A stretch of DNA of 64,000 nt, taken from positions 39,990,001-40,054,000 of the forward strand of contig CM059429.1 in NCBI GenBank assembly GCA_030390025.1, read 5' to 3'. This document shows positions 11,845-25,268 of this stretch, piece by piece. The first letter of the stretch is position 1. Each line of letters starts with the position of its first letter. Position numbers and translations under genes: made by a program. The notes beneath the pieces were generated by a model that did not search any database, was not told the origin of the DNA, and was given only the letters and a program-made list of their open reading frames with translations. Source of the stretch: Squalus acanthias. Lineage: Eukaryota.

Positions 11845-13707
11845 CTACTTGTGTTTCATCTTTCTCTTACGTGTGCTTCTACGAGGTGCTACCCCTGTGG
11901 TTCCAGCAGAGGTAGAGGCAGCCTGCTCACTTCCCTGCTGTGACTGCTTAGACACTTCTGGCGGTCGTCCTCTGGTTTTTGGAGCCTGTGATGGCCCCGC
12001 CAAAGTCTGTTCCTCCTGCGACTGTGCAGGGGCAGACTCAGCCATCACTGTCCGGGGAGGCATCTGGGGCTCTGACTTGGGGGGGGCAATGGGGAAGAAG
12101 TGTGAGCGCTTTGAGAGGAGCCCCCACTTCCATGTCCCCTTTCACCATCATCCCTCTCATGGGTCATGTACACTTCCCTGCTGGCAAGGATCTGGAGAGC
12201 ACCTTGCTGCATAGCAGTGGGGCCATGAGGACCCACGTCTATGTTGACATTCCTCCTAGAGAGGAGGTCTATGAACATCTGCCATCTATTCTCCATAGAT
12301 AGCTATCTATTCTCCATAGATATCATGTGCTCATGTGAGTGGTGCATTAGCTGCTCCATGCAGGTGGCCATCCTTTCCATGGAAGAGCTTACAGTCGCCA
12401 TCGCCTGCAACACAGATTCCTCCATTCTCTGCACATTTGCAGACATCGCGGTCGCAAAACCTGTCAAAGCCTCCTGCATTTCTTGCTGCACCTCCAGGGT
12501 CACCCTCTTTCTGGATGGCCCTGAAGTTCTGCGTCTGCATGCAACTGAGCAGAGCTGGGAGTGTCCTGCGCCCTCCGGCGAGGAGTCTCCACTGCTGTCC
12601 CTGTCTCCACCATCTGCTCTTGCTCACTTGTGAGTTGTGAGACACCAGGTGACAACATTACTCTATCTCGCGTTGCACCCACCGAGGTGTGCGTATTTGC
12701 GCTGGTGCTGGGTGCGCTTATGTCTGGTGATGGTGCACCCTCAGAGGCTGGAGGCTCCTCTGAGGAGTCGTCTTCCTCTTCCTCCTGGACAATGGGGGTG
12801 GGGGTGGGGGGCGGTCTTGATGAACCTGTGGGAGAGTAAAAAGATGAGTTAGAGATGTCATATCAAGAATGGATAACAATACCATTATTGCCCATGATGA
12901 CATCAGTCCCCATATGAGTGACTGATGTATGCCATGTAGCTGTCTGATATGTAATTCTGTCACCAGGTTGCTGAGATGTCCCCCTCTCTCTGTCTCCCAC
13001 CTCCAGCTGCTCTGCGACTCCTGACACTTCCAAGGCAACCTCCTCTGCTGCTGTTAAGTTAGCCAATGATGGAGGGCCACCTCTGGTATTCTCCCTCTCC
13101 CTCTTATTTTGGTCTCTCTTTTCCTGCAAGGAAGGAAAGAAGAGAAGGTTGAGTGAGAGTGATGAAATGAGTGTAAGGAATGGATGGGTTACATCTTTAG
13201 AGGGTGACTATGATGGAGTGGGGTGGCAATGCCAAGTGGCCTCCTTGTTTGTTGTGAGTTGGTATGATTGCATTAGGATGAGGGTGAGTGTGAGGGGTGG
13301 TTAGTCAGATGGGGATGTGATAATGTAGATAGAGAGAGAGGGATGGGTGAACGTGCAAGGTATGTTGGTGTGAATAAGGAGGTGCAGGAGTAGGGTTGGG
13401 AAGGCAGCGTGATGAGGATGTAATGAGAGGCACAGCAGGATGAAGTTGAGTGTGGCTTTGCACTCACCTTTCCTGATCTAATGAGATCATTGAAGCATTT
13501 GTGGCATGGCACCCAGGCCCTCCTGGCAACATCCCTGCTGTTGACCTCCTCTGCTATTTGGAGCCAGGCTCCTTTGGTCTGCTGGGGAGGTCTCTTCCAC
13601 CCATCGGAAGGAAAGAGGACCTCCTTGCGTGCTCTCACTCCCTCCACAAGCATATGGAGGGAGTCATCTGAGAACCTGGGTGCAGCCCTCTGCCACTGTG
13701 CAGTCAT
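11845..13707 (-). pseudogene. Harbinger Myb/SANT-like DNA-binding gene, 3 exons (13707-13468, 13123-12964, 12825-11845), frameshifted in exon 3
   Basis: Exon 1 RAAPRFSDDSL..W..IAEEVNS...CHKCFNDL (trihelix/Myb) with GTGAGT donor; exon 2 EKRDQNKRERENTRGGPP has a phase-compatible CAG acceptor; exon 3 is acidic/coiled-coil and ends RRSTRKRKMKHK*. Confidence 0.85.
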
Positions 13708-15445
13708 GTTTGCCACTCCAATGGTGCAGTGCAGTGCCTGCACCATCCTAGATGAAACTTCAAATGCAATGTGGCCATGGCTCCTTTAAATATCCCGGCT
13801 GAAGACGCGTCATCGATGACGTCATCAGACCCGCACCATTTAATTGGGCCGGGTAATGGGCAGGGCTGCTTTAAAAGGCGCCATTAACGGAAAGTCGGTC
13901 TCAGGAGCGGAATGGAATGAAGAACGGGGTCGTGACCCACCACGGCGACCACTCGCGCTCGACCCACCCAGGTACAGAAAATTCTGGCCAAAGTGTTCTA
14001 ATAGTCAGACAAACTTACATGAGATTGGAAGAAAGAATTGAAAAAAGTAATAGAAGACCATGAAGGGAAAGTAAAAATGTGTCTCTCACTGCATCGTTTT
14101 GAAAATTAAAAAGTAATGATTCAGATACAAAGTTGTTTCAGTTGACATTCTGCTTTAAAGGTAGAGGAGCTACCAATGAATAAAGATTTTTTTGTGACAG
14201 CCATACTGGTCACCATTCACAGAATTAATCATATTTACATTAAAGTTTGTAAACAGCAAGTCTTGGCTTAAAATAATCTTAATACCAAATGTCAAATTCT
14301 TCAGGTCTAATAACCACTATGCATAAGTCATAGGATCTCTACAACTATTCAGTTGAAGAAACATCAATGGAGAATAGTGCTTCCATGCAGAAATACTCTC
14401 CTCAGCGGAGCTCTTCAGACAGGTTTTTTCCTGTAATTTCTTACATGGGCAGTTTCCAGTTCAGGGGAAATAATGAAGGGGAAATCTCATAGGGGTAACC
14501 ATGACAATCCATCCATTTGGTCCCACTTGCTTTATATCATCAGTAGTAAATTGTCTTCCTCCTTATGCCCTTTTGTAGCAGTGTAACGATCAACTAAATG
14601 ATACTTCAGAAAAGTTGCATACATGCTTCAAAAAACAACGTCCCAGATGAAAATAATGATGTCATTAAACAATTGTAAGCTAGAATTAATTAAAAAAATC
14701 CCCTCTATTAGTGTTTATGGACTTCTAATTCAAATAAAGAGAAAATATCATAATGTATCTTGTTTCCCGGTGTGATGTAATTATGGCAAGAGTGAATTTA
14801 GACTAAACGTATTTCATTACTGTTTGTTAATAAACAAACGTTGTCATAAATAAAGTCTCAGATTCATCCATACAACTGTAATAATTTGTATTTTTAATAA
14901 TGGAACTTGCTAATTGATGGCTAGTTGTATTTGTGCATTAAGTTAGAAGATTAGAACGAAAATAGAGCAGCCAGTAACTGCTGTAGTCCCATTACCCAGT
15001 GCATGTTTTTGTGTGGTATCTCTTTTTATTTAATAATTAAAGTTCATTTTAAGAATCCAAAGTTCTAAAGTACATGGTGAAATTAGTGTATGTGCGTGGC
15101 CAGACGTTACATTGTGAGTGAAACTGGTGCCCAAACAAGCTCGATTATTTTAATTATTACGTGTTATATAAGTTAGGACTAGGAGGCCAGTAAATCATCC
15201 ATGGGAACTAATGAATGAGATGCTTATGGTGAAGGTAGGGAACAGCGGAGAAGCCATCTGTATATCGATAGGCCGTCTGGTTTTTAGGTTTTATTTTTTT
15301 CCTGAATTCAAATCAAAAGATTAGATGGATTCAGATAGAAACACATTTATGCATTTTCATGTCAGAAATAAAACCAATGTTCATAATCAAAAGAACATCT
15401 GGTTTAATCAAGATAAATCTGTTAAACAATTTTGGAAGACACTTT

Positions 15446-16530
15446 GGGCTGGATTTTGTCTTGGGGTCGGGTTGGGGTCGTGTAATCCGCATTTCGTGTT
15501 TCCCCCCCGACTTCAGATTAATGTGGATGCCTGATGCAATTTTCACTTAATTGGGCAATTGAGTTGGAGCATGTGGGAACCCATGAACTAATTAGTGTTT
15601 TCAGTCTGAAAGGCGCCTCTGATGATGTCATCATTGCTGACTGGCTAGTCTCAGAGACTGTTGGTGAGAGAGGACCTGCCTGGCATTTGATGTGGGTGGA
15701 CCTGGATGCAAAAATGGGGGGTGGTGGTGGTGGTGGTGGTGGTGGTGGCGGGGGGGAGAGAGGGGGGAGAGAGAGAGAGGGAGAGAGGGAGAGAGTGGGA
15801 GAGTGGNNNNNNNNNNNNNNNNNNNNNNNNNNNNNNNNNNNNNNNNNNNNNNNNNNNNNNNNNNNNNNNNNNNNNNNNNNNNNNNNNNNNNNNNNNNNNN
15901 NNNNNNNNNNNNNNNNNNNNNNNNNNNNNNNNNNNNNNNNNNNNNNNNNNNNNNNNNNNNNNNNNNNNNNNNNNNNNNNNNNNNNNNNNNNNNNNNNNNN
16001 NNNNNNNNNNNNNNNNNNNNNNNNNNNNNNNNNNNNNNNNNNNNNNNNNNNNNNNNNNNNNNNNNNNNNNNNNNNNNNNNNNNNNNNNNNNNNNNAAGTC
16101 CTCCCAGGCAGTCTCTGAAGACATTCAATGCAGTAGCATAAGAGGTGACTTTCAGACCTAATACTACTACTACCTTCATCACATCTCCGTTGTAATAGTG
16201 GACCTGCAGCCGATAGTCAGCTATCCACTTGTGCTCCCGCCAGGTTTCACTGGAGTGTTTCACACCAGGCGTGCTTCACGTCAGAAGAGGGTTAAACTAG
16301 CTACAGCGTTTCAAAATGGCATTACAGAGCCAATTTAGAGCTTGTTAAGGGCTTTAATGGCCTCTCCCGCCTTTTGAAGGCGGGACGGAGTCGGGAACCC
16401 CGCGACTGATTATGTCAAAATTGCGTGGAGGCGGGATGGAGTCGGGATGGGGTCGGAAACCCCGACCCCGCAAATTTAACCCCCCACACGCCTCCAAACC
16501 CGACTCCATGGGTCATTCAAAATCCAGCCC
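15446..16530 (+). mobile_element. Harbinger-type MITE, family F/G, spanning an assembly gap
   Basis: TIRs GGGCTGGATTTT / AAAATCCAGCCC; TTT TSD; inverted homolog at 25390-26011. Confidence 0.88.
15807..16095. other. Assembly gap (289 N) preceded by (GGT)n/(GA)n low-complexity sequence
   Basis: Run of n characters. Confidence 0.99.
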
Positions 16531-17784
16531 TTTAAGTACATAATAAACACTTACAACTGTCTTCAAAAAGTGTAATGCTGCAAGGAGCTGCATTACCTGC
16601 ATCCTTAGCACCATGCCCTTCATGGAAATTTATCCAGCCATCTGTACGTGATGCAGGTGACTGAAGATGGACCACACATCAATGCTGCCTGATGGTACAT
16701 AGAGAAAATGAAGTGCACTCTGCACCAAGCAAAGAAAGTGGTTGCATATATCACACCAGTATGGCGGCACCAGCATTTCCAGTTCATCCTAAAATCAAAA
16801 GAGTTATATTTGAAACATTTTCAACTTCAGGATAAAGTGTTCTTGATCAAGACCACCTTGCATCTGCTGAAATGATTTTTTAGGTGTTACTTTTAAATGT
16901 ATGTATAAGATATTGAACCCTACATCCTGTTCAGAATATTACAGCTCTGTATTTTTTTCCAAGAACTGAAGTTCTCTTGCAACTAGAAACCCCAATCAAG
17001 AACAATTTGTGGCTGTGGGTGAAGATAAAAGTTGACTCATTATGCTGGCCTAAGGAGGATATGTATCCAGAGGATTGAGCAGATCATTTTGTTTGGTCAT
17101 CCAAGTGTCTGACATGTGCAGAAACCCAACAGTATATTTGAGGATCTCTACTGAGAAATCCACACAGCTAAAGTTTCTGTTTGCCTGATATGGAATGCAA
17201 ATTCTCTCTCTTCGTCAGGATATACCCCACTTACCTAAATACAGAAAGCTTAGATACAGGGTACTGCTGGAGCTTAACCAGCCCAAACCACACAGCCAAC
17301 CCACACAATGCACGGGTGAGATTTTCGCTGCTTATATTGCAAGCACCAGCTTTTCGATTGGGCATTGGTTTGCAGAGTTATCTGGAGATGAGTGGGAAGA
17401 ATCCTAGCCCCCAATAACATATCTACCCCTCTAGGTTTCATTACTGAGACAAGCTGGCTGGTCAATCATCAACAGTGCCCTGGAGTACTGTGCACCTGCC
17501 TGACTCAGATTACCAAATCTGCCATAGAGGGTTGAATGGGTTCCAAACCTCCATTACAAGATTTCTCATCTTGGAGTCACATTGGCTACAAAGAGTCTTT
17601 GCTTACTGAAGGATAGTCACTAGTTCATTTTTAAATAACTGACAAGCACACATTTGAGTCCTCGCTTGGTATCAGGAGTTTATTGCAGCAGCACAACTCA
17701 CCGTTGTTACCATCCTCCTGATCACAGCATGGACACACGCCATACTTCATTAAATGATGACTTCATAAGTATGGAGCTTCAGTT

Positions 17785-18987
17785 GTTGCAGTGCAATTGA
17801 TGTTGTGCATATGGACTTTCAAAAGGTGTTTGATAAAGTACCACATATTAGGCTTGTTCGCAAAATTGAAGCCATAGGATAAAAGGGCAGTAGCAGCATG
17901 GATACAAAATTGGCTAAGGGATAGAAAACAGAGAGTTGTGGTGAATGGCTGTTTTTCAGACTGGAGGGAGGTATACAGTGGTGTTCCCCAAGGTTCAGTA
18001 CTAGGACCACTGCTGTTTTTGATGTACATTAATGACTTGGACTTGGAGCTATAGGGCACAATTTTGAAATATCCAGATGACACAAAACTTGAAAGTGTAG
18101 TAAACAGTGAGGAAGATAGTGATAGACTTCAAGAGGACACAGACAGGCTGGTGGAATGGGCGGACACATGGCAGATGAAATTCAATGCAGAGAAGTGTGA
18201 GGTGATACATTTTGGTAGGAAGAATGAGGAGAGACAATACAAGCTAAATGGTACAATTTTAAAGGGGGTACAAGAACAGAAAGATCTAGGGGTATATGTG
18301 CACAAATCTTTGAAGGTGGCAGGACAGGTTAACAAAGCAACTAATAATTAGCAATCTAGGTTTTATAAATAGAGGCAGAGTACAAAAGCCAAGAAGTTAT
18401 GCTAAACCTACATAAAACAATAGTTCGGCCCCAGCTGTAGTATTTTGTCCAATTCTGGGCACCACACTTTAGGAAGGACATTAAGGCTTTAGACAGGGTA
18501 CAGAAGAGATATACTAGAATTATTCCAGGGATGAAGGATTACAGTTATGTGGATAGACTGTAGAAGCTGGGGTTGCTCTCCTTAGAGCAGAGAAGGCCAA
18601 GAGGACATTTGATAGAGTGTTTTAAATCATGAAGGGTTTAGATAGAGTAAATAAAGAGAAACTGTTTCCAATGGCTGAAGGGTCGATAACCAGAGGGCAC
18701 AGATTTAAAGTGATTGGCAAAAGAACCAGCGGCAACCTGAGGAAATATTGTTTTACACAATGAGTGGTTAGGATTTGGAATGCACTGCCTGATAGGGTGG
18801 TGGAAACAGATTCAATAGTATCATTCAAAAGGGAATTGGATAAGTACTTGAAGGAGAAAAGATTACAGGGATATGGGGAAAGAGCGGGGAAGTGGGATTA
18901 AGTGGATTGCTCTTCAAAAGAGCAGGCGCAGACTCGATGGGCCAAATGTCCTCCTTCTGTGCTGTACTATTCATGATTCTATGATTC
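17785..18987 (+). mobile_element. CR1 LINE 3' fragment (RT and 3' UTR), degenerate
   Basis: [49 protein letters not shown]; ends in a TATGATTC tail. Confidence 0.93.
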
Positions 18988-21014
18988 AGCAGCATCTGAT
19001 TGCCTCTAATGAACCCAATCAAGGTAGGCATCATATCCTGGATATATTAGTGCATGCACTCATACCAGCCTTCCAATGCCTGTTGTCCTAAGTCTTGGTT
19101 TCCTCATCATCTACCTCAGTATGGTGGAAGGACCTGGTTTTTTAACCACAGCAAAGCCTGTTGTCTCAAGCCAAAACAACCACTGGGGTGGTAAATCCCT
19201 GGCTGTGTGCATACACCTTTTATACATTATGTCCCAAATACATCTGTAGAATGTTACTTATTTAAAGTGAAATAATAGACAAAGTTAATTAATAGAGAAC
19301 AGTAGTTATCTTAAAAAAGTATACTAGTCCTGAAATTCCTGTAGGGCTGCTCCACTGGCTGAAGTGTGGTAGAGTGGACCCTAAGTTCAACCAAGTGAAC
19401 AGACCCAGATGCTGTCCTAAATCCTGTAGATGGTCATTTCCATGGATGAGGAGATCCATAGCGACTGAAAAAACACATCAGTGGTGCCCACCCTTATATC
19501 ACTCTAGAAATTCAGAGCGGGGTGGTGCTGGTCTGAGAGCGGAGGAGGAGGGTTGGAAAGGTCTAACAAGCGGCTGAGTGCTATTGATATTTGTCTCCCA
19601 ATGGAGCCAGCAGACCTTTTTTAAAAGTAATGTTTGATTGTTGAGGGTTTAAAGCCTTTTAAAAGGCCTCAATGGTACTTGCACCACCTCTCAGCTAGCG
19701 AGAGTTCCATTGAGGCTTTCCACTGAAGCCTTATAAGGGTGGAATGGGTAGAATTCCCAAAGTATCTCAGAAACTCTGCAGACGGGTCCATTTGACATGG
19801 CAGGGGTGTGGGGGGGGGGTGGGGGGAGGAGGGGAACATTTGGAATTTCCCAGCCTCCTTTCCACATGGCAGAATCCTGGCGGAACTGGGTTCTGGCCTA
19901 TTTTCCAGCACCTGTCTCGTAGTTATGCTGAAGAAGCACCTCGGGCCCAAATGCAATCTTGGGCCCATTTTGTCCACAATTTTTTAGTGATCTAGACCTA
20001 ATTTCCAGAATTATATCGTGCTTCCTTTATAAATAACCAGAACAAAATGAAAGTATCTTGTTTTACATAATAAAATCACAAGTTAAGTCAACTTTGCAGA
20101 TTTGTTTTCATATTTTTAAAGTAAACATGAATAAACTTTTACTATAAAATTATTTGCTATGTACTGTACCATATCTAGTCATATTGCATGGATACAGTGA
20201 CATAGGCATATATAAATATGTTGCTTTATTTTAAAAATTTATATAATCATGACTGAATACACCAGGGATTTGAACTATGCTCTGCATTGGTGCTCTGTGA
20301 TATTTAATATCATGATTTTGACATTCTTAAACTGTACTTGTTTTATTATTGATTTTTGTACAATAAATATGAAATACTCAAGCATTAAAAATACAACTTG
20401 CACTTTTGTCTTTAATAATTGTGGACTTCTGTTAAGAATCTCTGTCTAATACATGTACAAAAAGTAATGGCACAAAGGGTACTTGCTTAATAGGAATCAA
20501 CTGCATTTGCAGTAAATAGAAAACCATGACTAAATGGTTACATATGTCTTGACACTTAACAGTACTGGATACAGGAAAGATGTGGAAATAGCAGATGGGA
20601 CAAAAGATTTAAAATCTACTCTGTGGTTAAAAAATAGTCAGCTGAAGTGCTGTTAGCAAACTGTCAGCGCTGTCAGCACCATGTCAGCACTGTGTTTATT
20701 CTAGAATGCAGGGTGCATTGTATGGATGCCCACAACACATTTCTTACAGTGCTGTTGAGTTGTGGAATTTGAAGCAAGTCTGATAGTTACAGATTATAGT
20801 TCAATTTCAAACCAGCTAGTAAGTAACGTAATGTGTTTTTAAAAATCATGTTCTAACCAGTCAATTACTTTAAATCTAGAATGAAGGACTTTCGCCGCAA
20901 TGCAATGCTAATTGGTAGTTAAAGCTCTGTCAAAAGTTAAACTTGGTTCCACATTTATGAAACATAAGCTATCTTTCCAACATTTCTAAGGATCTGCTAG
21001 GCCTGAAACTCTTG

Positions 21015-22805
21015 GGGCTGGATTTTACCAACCTTGGCGGGTCCGTGGCGGGCGACGTCGGTGGCAGGTCATGGCCTCACTGCCGGCTCCAGCCCGCTGT
21101 CCAAAATGATTTTCCCTTGATTGGGCTTGTTAAGCCCACCCAGCGCATTTGCAGGCCAAATGAAGGAATCAGGTCTGATGACGTCATTTGATGACGCGTC
21201 ATCAGCCGGTTCCGTTAAAGGGACCATGCGCAAATTGATTTTGACAGTTGTGCTGTCAGTGTTCTACAGCATTGAGGTGCTGCAAACACTGATAAGCACT
21301 GCACAGAGCTGCAGGGCTGAACTCAGGCTCTCCCATGACTCCCTCCATATGCTTATGGAGGGAGTCACAGCACGCAGGGAGGTCCTCTTCCCTTCCCATG
21401 GGTGGTAGGGACCTTCCCCAGGAGATCAACACAGCCTGGTTGCACATTGCAGAGGAGAACACAAGCAGGGATGTCGTCAGGAGGACCAGGCTGCAGTGGC
21501 GCAAACCTTTCAATGATCTCAATAGATCACGAAACATTAGTACAAAGCCACACTCAACCTCATCCTGCTGTGCCACTCATCACATCCACATCACTTTGCC
21601 TTCCCTACCCTACTCCTGTACATCCTTACTAACACCAACTTACCTTGCACCTCCACTCATCCCTCTCTATCTACATTATCACTTCCCCATCTCACTAGCC
21701 ACCCCTCACACTCACCCTCATCCTAGTGCAATCATACCAACTAACAACACACAAGGGTAGGCACTTGGGTGTTTTATGCAATGTTCATGTAAAGTTTCTG
21801 TTAATGTGGTGTCAAATATTGAAACCTTTATTTTCAACTCTGCGTTCTTGGACAGATTTGTGTGCACCTTTGGAAGTGGCTTAGTGATTTGCAGTGAATG
21901 GTGAGACATAACGGTACCCCCCGCAATGGTCATGAGTGTGAAAGGAATGGCTTGGGCATTGTAGGGATGCTTTATGGTGTTGGTGTGGAGTGGTGCCAAC
22001 CTGGCGCATCATGTGGCAGCCAGGGTATACAGCGTCAAGTGAAGTAAATCTGGCCATGGTGAGGCCATCCCTGGCGTCCCGGGCAGCAATGTAGTTGGGT
22101 GCTGATGCCCTCTGTCCTGTGCAGCATCAGTTGATTGCGGAGAAGGTTGGTGTTGTTGGTGTTGCTGGTGTGCCTGGTGATGCTGGTGTGCCTGGTGATG
22201 CTGGTGTTGGGGCTGATCGTGGTGGAGTTCTGAGGTGAGATAGTTTCAAGGGCACCGATGCTGATGGAATAGATGGCAGGTGAAGTAGAGCTGAGAGAAG
22301 CAATCTGTCAATGGTGGGAGAGGTAATGAGGTCAGACTGCATGGAGACTTGTGTAAAGACTTGCAGCATTCTGAATCCGTAGTGGAAATGCAGTTTAGAG
22401 AAGCTAGTGGCTAATGGAAGATATCTGATTCAGCTGGGAGCTTTGACTTGACATTTGAAGCTGTCAACTCATCAGCTGAACGAATGGCAAGTCACCTCCT
22501 GCCTCAGCTTCACGAACGAGGTCTAGGCACAGCAGGAAACTGGTGGGCGACCTGGCAAAATCAAAAAGCTGGGGGGGAAAAGCATTGTTAAGTGGCTGTA
22601 AACAAGCCACTAATTATTTCAATTTCCTCCCCTGCCGTTGCGTGTCGGGTCTGCTCAGCGCTGACAGACCTGACATTTGGGAAAGGCATGTGGTGGCGGC
22701 TTGACAGTGGGGTCCTGACCCGCTGTCAAAAAAAACATTTTCCCACCCGACCCGCCACTGATCGTGCCAGCTAACCACCCCTCACCCCCATGCAAAATTC
22801 TGCCC
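21015..22805 (-). mobile_element. Non-autonomous Harbinger deletion derivative related to the 10006-13989 element
   Basis: TIRs GGGCTGGATTTT / AAAATTCTGCCC; TTG TSD; keeps Myb exon 1 and intron (about 21320-21720) and the convergent 3'-end region (about 21740-22100) but lacks the transposase core. Confidence 0.9.
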
Positions 22806-24997
22806 TTGGAATTAGAGTTGAAAGGCAAATATCTTAGGTGTGTCCAACATACTCAGCTACTACCTACTAACCACATAATCCCTTGCCTTGTGTTTTTTTC
22901 TTTACTCCACTTTACTGGAATCAAGTGGGTAACCATTTCTTCCACCTCCCTCCCACTTCCCTATCCAGTTGAATTTCACCTTCCATCGAGGACCAACCCT
23001 TTTTATCATTTCAGCAGCTGGAACGCTGAGTCATTGGCTGGATTTTCTCTACACTTCTCATCAAAGACACCCATTATAATGATTCCAAAGTCTTATCGAA
23101 TCATCCATATCATAAACCAACTTCAAAATCTGTCTAAACCCTTCCCATGCTGTCTGCAGTTCAGTAGTTATGCAAACTGAAGAAAAAACACTTTGAAGAA
23201 CACCTGTCGATGACTTCTGCTCCACCACCTGTCCTTCTTTTCTGCTTCTATTATCCCCAGTCACAGCTGCAAGAAGCTGGCGTGCTGCTCTGGCTATATA
23301 TCTGTACTTCCAAAGCGAACAATGGCAACACCCAAATGGTGGATATGCTTTTCCCCAGAAAATGACCGTTGAATACGATCCTTACACTCACGCCCTATAT
23401 TTTCTTACGTCCTCATGTTCCAAAAATAAATTGATTCGATGACATTAGAATTCCAAATATAATGGACTGAACACTCTGAATCAGGATGATAACTTTACCC
23501 AGCTCTTAAGTTCTCCTTCAGTAATCTCATGAAAAAAGGAGTTTTGCAAAGGCCTGAAAAGGAGTGGAGATCCAGCAGTTCTGGGTTCTGCCTCAAAATA
23601 CTCCTTCCTCTGCCCTGTTAAAGGCAGCTTTACATCACCAGAGGCCAAGAAATTCCTTCCCTTCAATTCCAAATGTTTCTGCTTTTTCCAATCGTCTAAT
23701 TGTCAATTTCAGATCACAATTCTCAGAAAAATGGACAGTGGCCGTAGAAACCTGAGAATTTGACCACTTTCTGTGGTGAAATAGTGACAGGCTATAGAGA
23801 TGGCCAGTGTGTGCGTGCTGTTTTACAGCAGGGGAATTTTCACATGACAAACTCACTGCCATTTATGACTAGGGAGCGATGAATCAGCAAACAGCTGCAA
23901 CAATAAGTATTTCACATTGCTCTAATCGCTAAACAGCCCATTAAAATGATTAGAAAGTGAAAGGTTTACCGGTGCAGCTGTGAAGTGAGCAAATCAGCAA
24001 CATTATAGCTTCACATTCAAGTCAGAAGGCCCGTTTCACCCATGCAAGCCTTGGTGGATTTTGTCATGGTCAGATTAAATTCTTTGTTTGCGTTGTCACC
24101 ATGAGGTTGACGAGGTGAAGAGCACGGAAACAGGTGACTGACAATATATCACCTTTTCCATTACATGCAGGACTTGGAAAGAAGTCTGCACGAAGTTATA
24201 TGATCTGAAAAAGAACATGAAAATAGGTTTTGGTTATTGTACTAATGTACAAAATGATATAAAAATATAAAAGCAGATAAATGCAATCATTAAATGTCTG
24301 CATGAAATAAACATTAAGAGTACTCTGACAGTATTCTGACAGTTGGCAATCAGTGAGGATTAGCAAAAATGCATCTTAACTTATTTAGCTTCCAATAGTG
24401 TGAATAGTGACAGGCATAGAAGTAGATGTCAGTTTGTCAAGAAAGTGAATGTCAAAATATGCATAAAAGTGTCACTTATGAAGCATGCCCATGTCATTGT
24501 AGAACTGATGTATGACCCTAATTCTGCGCCAACATTGACTTGAGTGATCATGAATATAGACTGTAATTCCTTACAGAAGAACTTAAATAAGTAAACAGAG
24601 TAACATGGATGTTTTGTGCTTCTGGCAGTAAGATGTAGCAAAGATTTGTAAGAAAGTATGAAAGTTCATTCTGAGAACAACGCCAATGTATTGCTCTGTT
24701 TGTGGGCAAAGCTTGCCCGTGAAGTGCAAATTGCTGAACTAATGGGGTCCAAGATGTTGCATGGTGTCAGAATCTCAGTTTTGGTGGGCTGCATTGACCC
24801 GTTGGCAGCTACAGAAATACATTATTTCTGAAGTATTGGATTGCAATTCTATGTGCTCTCTTCACGGAGCAAAAAAAAAGGGCCAGCACCCAATAGGCAC
24901 AGAAGAGGTGCAGCAAAAACACAATCTTTCATCGACACCCTCCCAGCACCAGATACGCCGCCCGAGTCTAACCTATATATTAAGACACTGCAGGAAT

Positions 24998-25172
24998 GTC
25001 CAAAGATGTGCGGGTTAGGTTGATTTGGCGATGATAAATTGACCCTTAGTGTTAGGGGGATTAAATACGTGGGGTTACGGGGATAGGGTGGGATATGTGT
25101 CGGTGCAGGCTCGATGGGCCGAAATGGCCTCTATCTGCACTGTGGGGATTCTGTGATTCTGTGATTCTGTGA
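24998..25172 (+). mobile_element. HE1-type V-SINE, 5'-truncated
   Basis: gtccaaagatgtgcgggttagg...taaattgacccttagtgt...ctcgatgggccgaaatggcctc followed by a (GATTCTGT)n CR1-type tail. Confidence 0.8.
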
Positions 25173-25268
25173 ATCAGGAGTCGCAGTATGCATGAGGAAG
25201 GGGCAGGAGTGATCGGGAATAGTGAAGGGGGTCAGAGTTTCATCCAAAAGGGTGAGGCGCCCTCGGGT

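Larger units (their letters stand above)
10006..13989 (+). mobile_element. Full-length PIF/Harbinger DNA transposon (disabled)
   Basis: TIRs GGCCGGAATTGTCTG / CAGAAAATTCTGGCC (13/15); AAA TSD; convergent transposase (+) and Myb/SANT-like (-) genes. Confidence 0.92.

Noticed and set aside
15534-16263. Long ORFs with poly-G/H/T/W and X runs
   Set aside because: Artefacts of the (GGT)n repeat and the N gap.
24150-24225. Minus-strand acceptor TTTTCATGTTCTTTTTCAG as a host coding exon
   Set aside because: All frames close quickly or give unrecognisable peptides, and I found no partner exons.
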